Below, one piece after another: positions 1 to 12,575 of a stretch of DNA of 64,000 nt. The stretch comes from Antedon mediterranea. Lineage: Eukaryota > Animalia > Echinodermata. The notes under the pieces were generated by a model that made no database searches, was not told the DNA's origin, and saw nothing but the letters and a program-made list of their open reading frames with translations. The position numbers and the translations under genes are program-made. Every line of letters begins with the position of its first letter. Position 1 is the first letter of the stretch. The stretch covers positions 15,252,001 to 15,316,000 of the forward strand of contig NC_092674.1 of assembly GCF_964355755.1 (NCBI RefSeq), written 5' to 3'.

Positions 1-1966
1 TGGACACAAATATCAACCCTATTATCTTACTCTGGACACAAATATCAACCCTCTTATCTTACTCTGGACAACACAAATATCAACCCTCTTATCTTACTCT
101 GGACACAAATATCAACCCTCTTATCTTACTCTGGACACAAATATCAACCCTATTATCTTACTCTGGACACAAATATCAACCCTCTTATCTTACTCTGGAC
201 ACAAATATCAACCCTATTATCTTACTCTGGACACAAATATCAACCCTATTATCTTACTCTGGACACAAATATCAACCCTCTTATCTTACTCTGGACACAA
301 ATATCAACCCTATTATCTTACTCTGGACACAAATATCAACCCTATTATCTTACTCTGGACACAAATATCAACCCTATTATCTTACTCTGGACACAAATAT
401 CAACCCTATTATCTTACTCTGGACACAAATATCAACCCTATTATCTTACTCTGGACACAAATATCATCCCTATTATCTTACTCTGGACACAAATATCATC
501 CCTCTTATCTTACTCTGGACACAAATATCAACCCTCTTATCTTACTCTGGACACAAATATCAACCCTCTTATCTTACTCTGGACACAAATATCAACCCTC
601 TTATCTTACTCTGGACACAAATATCAACCCTCTTATCTTACTCTGGACACAAATATCAACCCTCTTATCTTACTCTGGACACAAATATCAACCCTCTTAT
701 CTTACTCTGGACACAAATATCAACCCTCTTATCTTACTCTGGACACAAATATCAACCCTCTTATCTTACTCTGGACACAAATATCAACCCTCTTATCTTA
801 CTCTGGACACAAATATCAACCCTCTTATCTTACTCTGGACACAAATATCAACCCTATTATCTTACTCTGGACACAAATATCAACCCTCTTATCTTACTCT
901 GGACACAAATATCAACCCTCTTATCTTACTCTGGACACAAATATCAACCCTATTATCTTACTCTGGACACAAATATCAACCCTCTTATCTTACTCTGGAC
1001 ACAAATATCAACCCTATTATCTTACTCTGGACACAAATATCAACCCTCTTATCTTACTCTGGACACAAATATCAACCCTCTTATCTTACTCTGGACACAA
1101 ATATCAACCCTCTTATCTTACTCTGGACACAAATATCAACCCTATTATCTTACTCTGGACACAAATATCAACCCTCTTATCTTACTCTGGACACAAATAT
1201 CAACCCTATTATCTTACTCTGGACACAAATATCAACCCTATTATCTTACTCTGGACACAAATATCAACCCTCTTATCTTACTCTGGACACAAATATCAAC
1301 CCTATTATCTTACTCTGGACACAAATATCAACCCTCTTATCTTACTCTGGACACAAATATCAACCCTATTATCTTACTCTGGACACAAATATCAACCCTA
1401 TTATCTTACTCTGGACACAAATATCAACCCTATTATCTTACTCTGGACACAAATATCAACCCTATTATCTTACTCTGGACACAAATATCAACCCTATTAT
1501 CTTACTCTGGACACAAATATCATCCCTATTATCTTACTCTGGACACAAATATCATCCCTCTTATCTTACTCTGGACACAAATATCAACCCTCTTATCTTA
1601 CTCTGGACACAAATATCAACCCTCTTATCTTACTCTGGACACAAATATCAACCCTCTTATCTTACTCTGGACACAAATATCAACCCTCTTATCTTACTCT
1701 GGACACAAATATCAACCCTCTTATCTTACTCTGGACACAAATATCAACCCTATTATCTTACTCTGGACACAAATATCAACCCTATTATCTTACTCTGGAC
1801 ACAAATATCAACCCTTTTATCTTACTCTGGACACAAATATCAACCCTCTTATCTTACTCTGGACACAAATATCAACCCTATTATCTTACTCTGGACACAA
1901 ATATCAACCCTATTATCTTACTCTGGACACAAATATCAACCCTATTATCTTACTCTGGACACAAAT
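1..1966. repeat. 32-bp tandem array (TGGACACAAATATCAACCCT[A/C]TTATCTTACTC), about 61 copies, running off the window start
   Basis: Unit starts at 1, 33, 65 and so on. Two main variants (CCCTATT/CCCTCTT). The array ends at 1966, where the sequence continues as LINE endonuclease coding sequence. Confidence 0.98.
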
Positions 1967-4900
1967 TTAGTATTCTAGGATTCACAGAAACATGGATTAA
2001 GGATAAAACCTATATTGATCATCTTAAACTTGATGGTTATAATATGATAAACAAAAACAGAGAAGGTAGAGAGGGAGGTGGAGTCAATCTATATGTTAAA
2101 GAAAGTTTAAATTTCAAATCACGACCTGACTTGACTATAGATGATAATATATCCGACTCGCTCTTCATTGAAATTTCCCAAAAAACTAAAAATATTATTG
2201 TTGGTATTATTTACCGCCCTCCTAGCTCTCCGATTTCCGATTTCCGATTTTACTGATAATCTTGAAAAGGTCCTCCATGCAGTTAAGGAAAATAAACACT
2301 GCTTTATTCTAGGCGATTTCAATATTGATATTAGTAAAAATAAAGCTAATACCAAAACATGTATTGATACCATTGAATCTTCCTCTTACTTTCCATTAAT
2401 AAACAATCCAACTGTAACTGAAACAACTGCAACACTTATAGATAATATTTTAACTAATTATAGAAATCTGAATCCTGAACCATTACAATCTGGTATTATT
2501 ACATCTGAAATAACTGACCATTATACCATTTATATTATTTTGAATTATCTCAATATGCCCTTACATAACACGGCATCATCTACAAAAATTAAAATCATTA
2601 ATCAAACTACAATTAATGATCTTATTACTAAAATTGTGCAAATTAATTGGAATCCACTTTACAATTCAAATGACACTAATATATAGTTATATGTTTATTA
2701 AAGAAATACAAGATGCGATTGAACAAACTAAAATTCCATCTAAAACACCTAAACCAAGAAAAAAATCATATAAAAAAACCATGGATTACTAGAGGTATTC
2801 TTAAGTCAATCAATAAAAAAAATGTATTATATAAAAAACATTTAAAAATGTATTGTCCCTTGAAACACAAAAAATAAAAAAAAAAATATTCTAATTTTAA
2901 ATTGGTCATATCAAAGTAATATTAAAGATATTCACTTTAAGTCGAAAATTCGAGCCAAAAACAACAGTTTACGTAATTAACAGGTAAATTAATTAGATTA
3001 CATTTCGTCTGAGAAATCGTCGCAAGCGAAAGTAAACAAAGATTTCAAACCATGAGTATGCATTATGCATGATGCTAATTAGGATTGTTTACAACTTATC
3101 ACGGTTGAGAAGGTGTTTTCACACAGATCGCGAGGAAGTTTTATGATTATCCATACAGAGTAGCCAAACAAGTGCATTGCATTATGGGATATGTTTTGAT
3201 TGAAAACTTTGACTGGAAGTCAAAGTTATTTTTTGAACAAAAAAACATCTGTATTTTGCTTAAATTATTTTTTTTTGGACTAATTTTTTGTGAAAGTTAA
3301 TAACTATTATGATACTTCAAAATTTTTTTTTGGAATTAGTCAAAGGGACAATACATCTTTAAAATCCCCAACACAATTAAATATATCAAAATTTAAGAAA
3401 TATAGAAATATGCTTACTAATCTAATCAGAATTAGTAAACGTAATTATTATTCTCGTATTTTATTTAATGCTTCTAATGACGCAAAGCAGACTTGGTCAA
3501 TTATTAATGTCAATGTGCTCGGCAGAAAGAAACATGTTACTGTCTTACCCGACTCTGAAGGTCATAACAAAGTAGATATTGTCAATAATATTAATAAACA
3601 CTTCAATGAAGTAGGAGAAAATCTTGCCAAAAACATTGTCTTGCCTGTAAATAAAAACTACAAGCAATACCTTAATGGCAATTTTCCAAATTCAATTTAT
3701 TTTAAGCCCACTGATAATTTAGAAATTATTTCTATTGTTAATAAAATGAAACCATCTAACTCTGAAGGCATTGATGAAATTAGCAGTAAATTACTTAAAT
3801 ATATTATTCCATATGTAGCGTCACCTTATCATACATCTTTAATTTATCACTTGAAAGTGGTGTTGTACCTGAGCTAAGCAAAATAGCAAGGATATTTCCT
3901 CTATTTAAGTCTGGTGATAAAAACATGTTTAATAATTATCGTCCAATATCCATTTTACCTGCTCTATCAAAAATCTTAGAGCGTATTGTTTATAACCGTT
4001 TGTATTCCTTTTTAGATAAATTTGCTATCATCCACAAAGAACAATATGGGTTTCTTAAAAACAGTTCAACCTTTATGGCTATACTTAATCTTATTGAAAA
4101 AGTACAAGCTGCCTTAGATAGAGGAGATACTGCTATTGGAATATTTATTGACCTGAGTAAGGCCTTCAATACGATTGACCATTCGATTTTATTATGGAAA
4201 CTTGAATACTATGGTATTAGGGGGTCTGCACTATCTTGGTTTAAAAACTATATATGGAAGAAGGCAATATACAGTCATTAATGGAATTTCTTCTGAACAC
4301 ACAACTAATAATTATGGAATACCCCAAGGAAGTATTCTTGGGCCATTATTATTTATCATATATATAAATGATATTTTTATTTCTTCAAATATTTTAAACA
4401 TGACTTTATTCGCTGACGATACAAATCTGTTCTTATCAAACCCCAATTTGAATACACTTATTGATATTGTTAATTCTGAACTTATTAAAATTGATAAATG
4501 GCTTAGGTGTAATAAACTTTCTCTTAACTGTGATAAGACTAGATATATAATTTTTAGAACTAAAAGAAGTAAAATTAATGTTAATAATATATCCATTAAA
4601 ATTGCTGATAAATCTATATCCCAAACAAATTACTATAAGTTTTTAGGAGTCTTCGTTGACGAATTTGTTAATTTTAAAACTCATATTGATCTCACCACTT
4701 CAAAAATATCTAAATATGTTAGTTTACTTTTCAAAATTCGTCACTACCTTCCTTTAAGTGCACTCCTTTCAATCTATAAGTCACTTATGCAACCTCTTAT
4801 CAGCTTTTGTAACATTATTTGGTTTAATTCATATGCTTCTTATACTGATAAACTTGTTAAACTCCAGAAAAAAGCGATACGAGCTATAACTTAATTGGTC

Positions 4901-5466
4901 TGATTATCGTGCACCAACAAGTCCTCTCTTCCACATACATAATGTATTAAAAATTGACGATATTCATAATTACCAAATTGGCATTTTTATGTTCCGAATA
5001 TTGAATAATCCTGATTTACGATTTTTAAACCTTAAAAATTTTACTGATGGTAATGGTCATAAGTACAATACTAGAGGAAAATGTAAACTTCGACCTCCTC
5101 TTCGAAGACTAGTTTCTACAAGTCATAGTATTGCTGTTTCGGGTCCTCATGTCTGGAACAACTTAGATATGACTTAAAAATGCAAAAGCCATCAATGTTT
5201 TTAAAAAATTGTATAAGTTGAATCTAATTAATAAGTACAAATCTTAATTTCTGCCGATGTCATTGTTATTTTATTTTTATATGTTAATATATTGTATATA
5301 TCTTTTTATAGTTTTAGCTGTTAGTTTTTTTAGGTCTTCAACCTTGTACAAGCTTTTAGCTTTTGTTGTTGATCCTTTTCATCTTTTATGCATTTTATCT
5401 TTGACATGTTTTATGATTTTTATGTTTTTTTGATGAATAAAATGAATGAAATGAAATGAAAAATGA
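1936..5466 (+). mobile_element. Decayed L2/CR1-group non-LTR retrotransposon (APE endonuclease plus reverse transcriptase ORF2, frameshifted)
   Basis: APE motifs ILGFTETW, GGGVNLYV, IYRPP, ILGDFNID, TLIDNIL and ITDH. RT motifs NYRPISILP, FIDLSKAF, GIPQGSILGPLLF, LFADDT and KFLGV. 3' stem-loop near 5333-5375, then AATAAA and an (AATGA)n-like tail at 5436-5466. Several frameshifts and stops. Confidence 0.93.
2846..3358. mobile_element. Non-autonomous Kolobok-like DNA transposon inserted in the LINE
   Basis: TIRs AAATGTATTGTCCCTT / AAGGGACAATACATCT, with TTAA duplicated at 2842-2845 and 3359-3362. Removing it restores the LINE frame NVLYKKHLKSPTQLN. TTAA TSD with purine-purine termini fits Kolobok. 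Confidence 0.85.
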
Positions 5467-5694
5467 TGTAGCGCATTCCTAGGTGCTAACAACACCCCAA
5501 CGTTTATCTGTATATCTTCTAAGATTTGATTGACTTCAATAAACACAATAGTCTTTTATTATTCAGAAAAACCACGCACGATTTTCTTTTCTACAGTACG
5601 CTCTTCTCCCTTATTACTTATGAGTATTTCTTTACAATTTTGAAAAGTAATGATACAAAAATCTTAATATTTAATTTTCTCCTCCTGGGGACTA

Positions 5695-5785
5695 CCGTAT
5701 ATTTCGGTGTATAAGTCGCACTTTTGACACAAAAACTTGACCTCTAAATTAAGGGTGCGTCTTATACACCGAACATAAATGCCTC
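5695..5785 (+). mobile_element. Left end of a pogo/Tc1-mariner-like element
   Basis: TA|CCGTATATTTCGGTGTATAAGTCGCA followed by an internal inverted copy TGCGTCTTATACACCGAA. No matching right end was found. Confidence 0.55.
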
Positions 5786-6224
5786 ACCACACAGATTGTA
5801 CATATCGACACCTCGTTGGCTAGGCCTGGGCTTTTTAAGATAAGGCCTAGTACTAAGAGTAGGCCTAGCTACAGTGTACTAACGTAACGGCAACCTGCTT
5901 CTGCCTAGTTTGTAAGGCATTTTAGCGTGATGTTATACTAAATATGATGAAAAGATTTGTTCATTATGGAGCTGTTTTAGGCGCTCCGATAAAATTTCAT
6001 TTGTAAACGTTTACGATTGGAATAACAGTAGTTATACGGCCGACCGCCGTACTCCCAGCTCGAGCGAGCCCTTCTTGGCGGCCACATGGTGTACAGTATT
6101 CGACTAGTATATTCTCCAGTTGATTATAGCATGGACCTAGCGTACACACTTCTCTGATACATAGATACCAATCGAATCTAAATCGAAGAGATTATACTTA
6201 TCTCTTCCTATATTATTATATTAG

Positions 6225-6449
6225 GTAAAGCTATGGTTGGGCATATGCCGGACAGCTTGGGGAAAATATTTATCTCCGCTGGTGAGAGATGGTACGATCT
6301 CAAAGATGACTGGGAAAATCACAGAAGGAGCAAGGGGAGCACTAGAAGGATTTTGGTACCAAGGAGGGGGTGTAGAGATCCCATGTCAATATTTTGTGTT
6401 TGGGAAGAAGGAAGACAAAGGAGTAGTTAGAGAAAAACTAAAAAATTAA
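6225..6449 (+). pseudogene. Exon relic encoding the C-terminal half of a HIRAN-like domain (one frameshift)
   Basis: After the acceptor TTAG at 6221-6224: MVGHMPDSLGK/YLSPLVRDGTISKMTGKIT...QGGGVEIPCQYFVFGKK. VGHxP and GGxEIPCxY recall HIRAN-like proteins. Assigned by motif memory only. Confidence 0.55.
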
Positions 6450-7360
6450 TTGTTCTTATAATATAATCTAATAATACATTATCTTTTTGTTATAATAAAT
6501 TGAATGTGATAAAAGTAGGTAATGAAAGCGTACAGAGGGGTAAACTATTTATCTGTTGTGATCATTATGCAAACTTGTGTATTATTGTCATTTATTATTT
6601 GCGTTTAGTTAAAACTTTTGATCTTTGGGTTTTTCAAATATCAACTACTATAATGAAATCGTTTTTGGCAGGTTTTACCCAACAATAAATAAAAGTAATG
6701 TAAACTGATTGTTTGTTCACTGTTCAGGTTTAAACATGGTCTTGTTCCGTTACCAGGTAATTTTTGGCTGCGGAAACACAAAATCTCTCTAATACCAATT
6801 TCAATAATTTCATAGTAACATCTTTGCGCTACCGCATCACAACCTCTGATTTCATTGACAAAATTCTATTGTTCTAAAGGTAAAGGTCACCAACCGTTTC
6901 GAAAAGATCGAAACAAAACTTAAATTCGGTTGATGTCAAGCTCGACCAATTTTTATCATGCAGAGCATGTATAAAGGGTGTTTACAAGGTAAGATGCACA
7001 ATTTATGCAGTACCATTACTATTTTTCATGCACAATATTTTCATAAGATACTGTACCAACATGATTTAACCTTATTATATTGCAGGAAATGAGAGTAGAA
7101 ATGGCGGCAAAACAATCTGGACCAAACTTAGTCATCATAATCATCCTTATCGCCATTATATTATATATTATTATTATACAGTACAATTTTGTTAAATTGA
7201 ATCATTTCTTTTCCATTTTTTACAGCACAAGTTGATGGCGAGGACGGTAAGACATTTAGTCAATTTGTATTACTGTACTGTACACATGTAGATAAATCTA
7301 AACAAATCTGTTTTGTCATGGCTGTATTTTGTTGTACTTGTATAGAAATGACATTTTTAG

Positions 7361-7558
7361 GACACGCCAAGCATGGTGTCTATGTTCCTAAAAAAAAATT
7401 ACAACAATGCGAGATGTTTGCAAGTAATGTGGACAAGCTAGCGCTATCTATTTTAGAGCTGATCATTAACAAAAAAGACTGCGCCAACCACCTGACGATC
7501 TACAGCCATGGAAAGGAGATACCTGAATTGGGCGAAAATAAGAGGAGAGCGTTTAGAA
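7361..7558 (+). pseudogene. Exon relic encoding a BEN-domain-like segment
   Basis: Bounded by AG (7359-7360) and GTGAG (7559). Encodes HGVYVPKKKLQQCEMFASNVDKLALSILELIINKKDCANHLTIYSHGKEIPELGENKRRAFR. A small upstream exon candidate lies at 7226-7245. Confidence 0.4.
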
Positions 7559-8050
7559 GTGAGTATGCCTTACCTTTTTGTGTGTAGATTTTCAATAATA
7601 ACATTGTCATCTTCTTCACATTTTTTAAAAGTACATAATTATAATATAAAACAAATAACTGGGTAATCCCAGGACAGCCAACAAGTCGCATTCTTTCTGT
7701 TAAGAACTTAATTCTTTTAAGAAAGATAAACTCCCAATATGCTTGAAAATTAGGATATTTTATCTAGGAATATGTTATATCAGAGCGATGTTTTGGCTGT
7801 TTCGATACTCTGTGTTATGGAGGCGACTATTGATCTGGATCTTCTGAATACAAAATAACATGTGGTGGTATACAGAAATGCGTGTGCATTTATCAGCTGG
7901 GAAACAAATAGCTTTGATACCTCAACAATGAACACTTTTAATTAAAAATGTGAATTGGATTAAAATAACACAAACCCATGAAATATAATATCGAACGTAT
8001 AAAATGACGCTTCATAAAACAACATTATTCAAAAACGTATCAGTATTAAA

Positions 8051-8792
8051 AACAAGGCCAACAGCCATTAAGTCGCGTGCTACAATGCATAGTGATACTG
8101 GACCGACAGACAGACCGACAGACCCGACAGACAGACCGGCCGACCGACATAGTGAACTATACTGACCGAAATTACTGAACATGTTTAAAAATGTTGAAAT
8201 GTTTAAAAACATTTATATTTTTTTAATTTACACGTGCGTAGCCTGTCACTTTTGACGTGCTCGTATAACGTAATTTCGAATTGAAAAGTAAGTCAAGAAA
8301 ACAGAAATCGGGCAAAAAGAGTGAACAACAACATTTAACGCGCAGTGCGCGCGCAAAAATATGCGCACTCATGGCAATTTTGTAAACGCTTAAAATTGCC
8401 TGAAACATACTTTTATTTCATCGAAAATAAATTTTGAAAATTTTAAGCGCGCATACGCATGCGCTACGCACGTAATTGTATTGCCATATGATGATTTATG
8501 CCCTGAAATTTATGAGTACCAAATTTTATTTAATTGTGATTCATGGTTGTAAAGATATGATTACAAACGTGATTTCGTTAAATCGTGCGTAGACCGCGTA
8601 ATTTTTTATTGCGCACCGTGAAAACATAACCACATTGATTCCTGGCCATAAGGAATATACTGTGAAAAATTGACCTAGCTAGATTAAACTGATATCAAGA
8701 TAAGGTCAGAAAGCGATAAAACGCATAGTGATACCGGACCGACAGACCGACAGACATAGTGAACTATAGAGTCGCTTCCACGCGACTAAAAA
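8051..8792. mobile_element. Helentron-associated (HINE/DINE-like) non-autonomous element
   Basis: One end is AACAAGGCC..AGTCGCGTG. Internal (GACC/GACA)n microsatellites. The other end has the hairpin AGTCGCTTCCACGCGACT followed by AAAAA. Related short copies lie at 29238 and 38487. Confidence 0.7.
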
Positions 8793-9305
8793 CATGATTA
8801 GGGACCTAAAGGGCTTAAAGAAACTCTTTCAGCAATATCTAAAAACTGAAATGGTGTTATTGTTAAAAGATACTAATTACTATTACTATTATGTTTGTAT
8901 TATTATAAACGTAAATAAGGTAAATGAAATGAAAAATACTTATTTTGCAATAAATAACATTTCGAAATAGATAAAGTGGTTCATCACAAAAGAGAAAGAA
9001 AACTTAAGTTTAAAACAATTACTATGCATAAAGACGAGGAGCACAGAACAACGGTGTGGGATACGATTGTTAAACGACTTAATGATAAAATCAGGGCCAT
9101 ACGCAAAAGTACAAAATAAAATTATAAATGTGTCGCAATTACTCATTCTCTATTGAAATGAAATAAAAATGAAGTTGATTTAATTTCGCTTTCTTATCTT
9201 ATCTCATTATAACCAACATTTTCGTTATTAGATTTTCGGATAATGTATCGATTTCAAGGTCATCAATACACCCATCAACGAAATCATTTAGGGTCTACGG
9301 GACGC

Positions 9306-9655
9306 ACTGTTCGAACAAGATTTAAGATCAGGATTTTATCTGCGATAAAAAATAGTAAACTCGATCGGGATTATGTCTTATACCGATAACAAATCCTGCT
9401 AAAATGATTGGGTTATCGTACACGACCGTATTTCATTCAGAGAAAAACAGAAAATCCCGTCCAATAATCCCAAGCGAAATCGTAATTGGGATTTGAAAAC
9501 ATTTCTGGAAATCTTGACTATAAATCCCGATCAGGATTTATAGTCGAGAAATCCCGATCAGGATTTATAGTCAAGATTTCAGGAATCCCAAAAGCGCAAC
9601 CCCGATAAAAAACCTGATTTCCAGATCAAAAATCCCGATTTCCAGATCAATCAGT
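9306..9655. repeat. Cluster of short direct and inverted AATCCCGAT/ATCAGGATT motifs, probably a DNA-transposon subterminal region
   Basis: Begins CACTGTTCGAACAAGATT. AAATCCCGATCAGGATTTATAGTC occurs twice and GATTTCCAGATCAA twice. No partner end was found. Confidence 0.45.
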
Positions 9656-11699
9656 AATAAATACAATTTTTTATAACATCATGGTGAAACGAAGATGTTA
9701 AAACAAAAGAAATTAACATCGATTAAAAACAGACAGAGATTATACACATTAAGCCTAACAATTAGTACAAATTATTGATGAGTTACTACTAATGATTATT
9801 TAACAATCCGGCTTAATTTTTTAACATTAAAAAAACAATAAAACCCAGTAGTTTTCTATGATGGCTAATCATGGCCTTTTTTTAATGATATAATACATTA
9901 TGACTAATTTTGCGCACCATATATTTGTGAGGTGAGACCGGACCATAATTAGCAGCAAAAACAGCCCTACTGCCCAGACTGATTTTATCAGCAAAAACTG
10001 GGCCACCTCCCTGAATTAAAAAACGTCAAAGTTAGGCCTACAACTATGATCAGTAACAGTTTGAACCAATCAACTAAATGTTTTTGCGCATAATATAGAT
10101 CGGAAACTATCAGGGATGTCACCACGCTGGTCGGCGCTGGTCGGCCCCGTCCAGCACTCAAAATTTCCGACCAGGATTTACAGGCTGCCGACCACCATTT
10201 ATTAATCATTACGATATTTATATTAGGCCTAGGCCTTACTAAAATTCGTACTGAAACATTTTACCTAGCACATTGTAAATTACAGACAAGCTAGCCTCAT
10301 ATAGATAAGACAAAAGACTACAGCAAATGTTTCCGTGGTTACGTACGTTACTTTATTTGTAACACAATACCAGGCCTACCCTGCCCTGGTATTCATTGTT
10401 ACAGCTTGTGAGTCATGGCGAACAACGTGCTACACACAGCACAGTGCAAGTTTAAAGTTCACATAGCGACCATTCAAGCGTTATATTTTGCACAGATTAA
10501 AAATACAACAAGTTACACAGATTAAAAATACAACAAGTTACAAGTACGCAGTACTTATGTTATGCCACCAAATTATTATGTTATGCCATGTTTCTTATTT
10601 TGTGAATATTATATATGTTAAAAGTGCCAGTAAAATGAGATCGATTTACTGTAGAATGAAGTAAAAATAAAGCAGACAAACGAAAATATAAACTGTTTTT
10701 TATTTATTATTATTATTTTACTCTAAAAACACTGAATACATTAACACTAAAGAAAGACAAACAAATACGTACGGCACAAAGACAACAACAACCACGCGCG
10801 CAGCGGCAGGGGACTTCCCCTGCTAACTGCTATAAAACTTACTGGACTGGACGTCCCTGGATAACTTCAGGTTGCTGAACTTCAGTTAACCCATAAACGC
10901 GCGTCTGTTCTTGCCGGCCATGCACTACATGCTTGCCGCACAGTTGTGAAACAACAAATCCGGAATTCGCGAATACGCTAAAAAACTCTCGCGCAAAAGA
11001 ACACAAACATATTATATCGAGTATTTGATTAGGGGTTAGGCCTAAATAAGGAAGCGCCTGTTTTTGTGGAATTCAGATTTTGGGGCATCTATCTAAGCCT
11101 TAGCTAGGCCTAGTGGTCGTAGTGTCCACAAGGCTAGCCCTAGGCCTGACGCGATCTATTGCTATTCATTTCGTAAGCGTTTTTTTGTTTTCGCGAATAA
11201 TAACGGTGACTCCTCGGTGGTACAAGGTTAGGCCTGGACCTGACGCAATTTGTTGTTCTGAAGTTTTTTTTTTTATTTTGGGGGTGGGGGTGGTTGGGCG
11301 GAACTGCAGTAGTCTGAGAAAAAGACGCAGAAAACCAATTAAATCACTTGGTCATATTCGGTGACATGTATTGTGCAAAAAGAGTTTGAACCAATCAACA
11401 TGCATTACCTTTGCGCATAATATCATCCGCAACTACAAAAATGCGGCATATCTGTACACAAAAAGTGCGTATTTCATCAAAGCACTTTTCTTGAGTTTTT
11501 TGGGAATGGAACTGAGGTGTGTTTGAGAAAAAAAGGCAGAATTTTTTGGAAACTAACCAATTAAATCACTTGATGATAATCGGTGACAAGTATCGTAAAA
11601 AAATTAGAAACATAATGATAAATGCGTTAAAATCATTCAACATGACTCAAGCACTACCTCAGCATCTGTCAGGGCGAGTTGAATTTGAATCAATAACGT

Positions 11700-12575
11700 T
11701 AGTACAAATAGGACTCGGGTTTATACAAAACAGAGAAGGTCTTATTGATTGGTGCCGGAGATATGGGATTTTTGCCAGTACAATGCAATGTTCCGATTGC
11801 AATATTGAGTGCAGAGAGAGTGTTTACGCAAGATCCATAGACGGGGTAACATGGCGATGCCCTAATCAAAGATGTTGCAAAACAATCAATATAAGAAAAG
11901 GCAGTTTTTTCGAAAAAAGTCATTTGGAACTGTGGCAAATTATTGGATTAACATGTGTGGGCGGCAAATTGCGGATGGAGCAGAGGACTGTCGTACGAAA
12001 TGGTGCGTAGAGAACTTAAAGAAGACAGTGGTTGACTGGAACCAATTCTGCAGAGATGTCGCTGTGACATATTTTGACATCAACAATCCACAGCAGCTAG
12101 GTGGTCCAGGAGTTATCGTTGAGATTGATAAACCGCTTTTCGCTAAACGAAAAAAACATGCAGGGCGTCATGCAGGGCGTGTCATTCCACAACAATGGAT
12201 TTTTGGTGCCTACCAACCTGATATTAAGCAGAGGTTACTGATACCAGTTAAGCGACGAGACGCCGCGACGTTGATGGCAATCATTCACGACTGGATTAGA
12301 CCAGGATCACTTATGGTCAGATATGTGGGCAGCGTATATTACCAGATATAAAACCAAGGCTTCGGCCACGGTACGGTGAACCACACGTTGAACTTTGTGG
12401 ACCCACAACTAACCATGTTGAAGCGATGTGGCAACGTGCGAAAAGCAAAATGAAAGCCTTGCATGGACCAACAAATAGAGAAATAGTTGTGTATCTCAGT
12501 GAATTCATGTGGCTACAATGATTCGGTGACTTTCATTTGTGGACTCAAATTGCTACTGAACTGTATCCATTGTAA
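11700..12575 (+). pseudogene. Merlin (IS1595/ISXO2-like) DDE transposase pseudogene
   Basis: Zn ribbon CSDC..WRCPNQRC, IRKGSFFEKSHL, TVVDWNQFCRDV, LGGPGVIVEID, QWIFG, RDAATL, IRPGS, SDMWAAY, HGTVNH, TNHVEAMW and YLSEFMW, spread over several frames. TIRs not located. Confidence 0.9.

Noticed and set aside
1-1966. CRISPR-like array (32-bp period)
   Set aside because: Units are head-to-tail with no unique spacers, no cas genes are present, and the DNA is eukaryotic.
3290-3360. N-terminus of the 195-aa ORF as LINE protein
   Set aside because: It derives from the inserted Kolobok-like element; LINE sequence resumes at 3363.
10805-10823. GC hairpin GCAGGGGACTTCCCCTGC as a terminator
   Set aside because: Eukaryotic context, no U-tract and no linked gene; probably part of an unclassified repeat.
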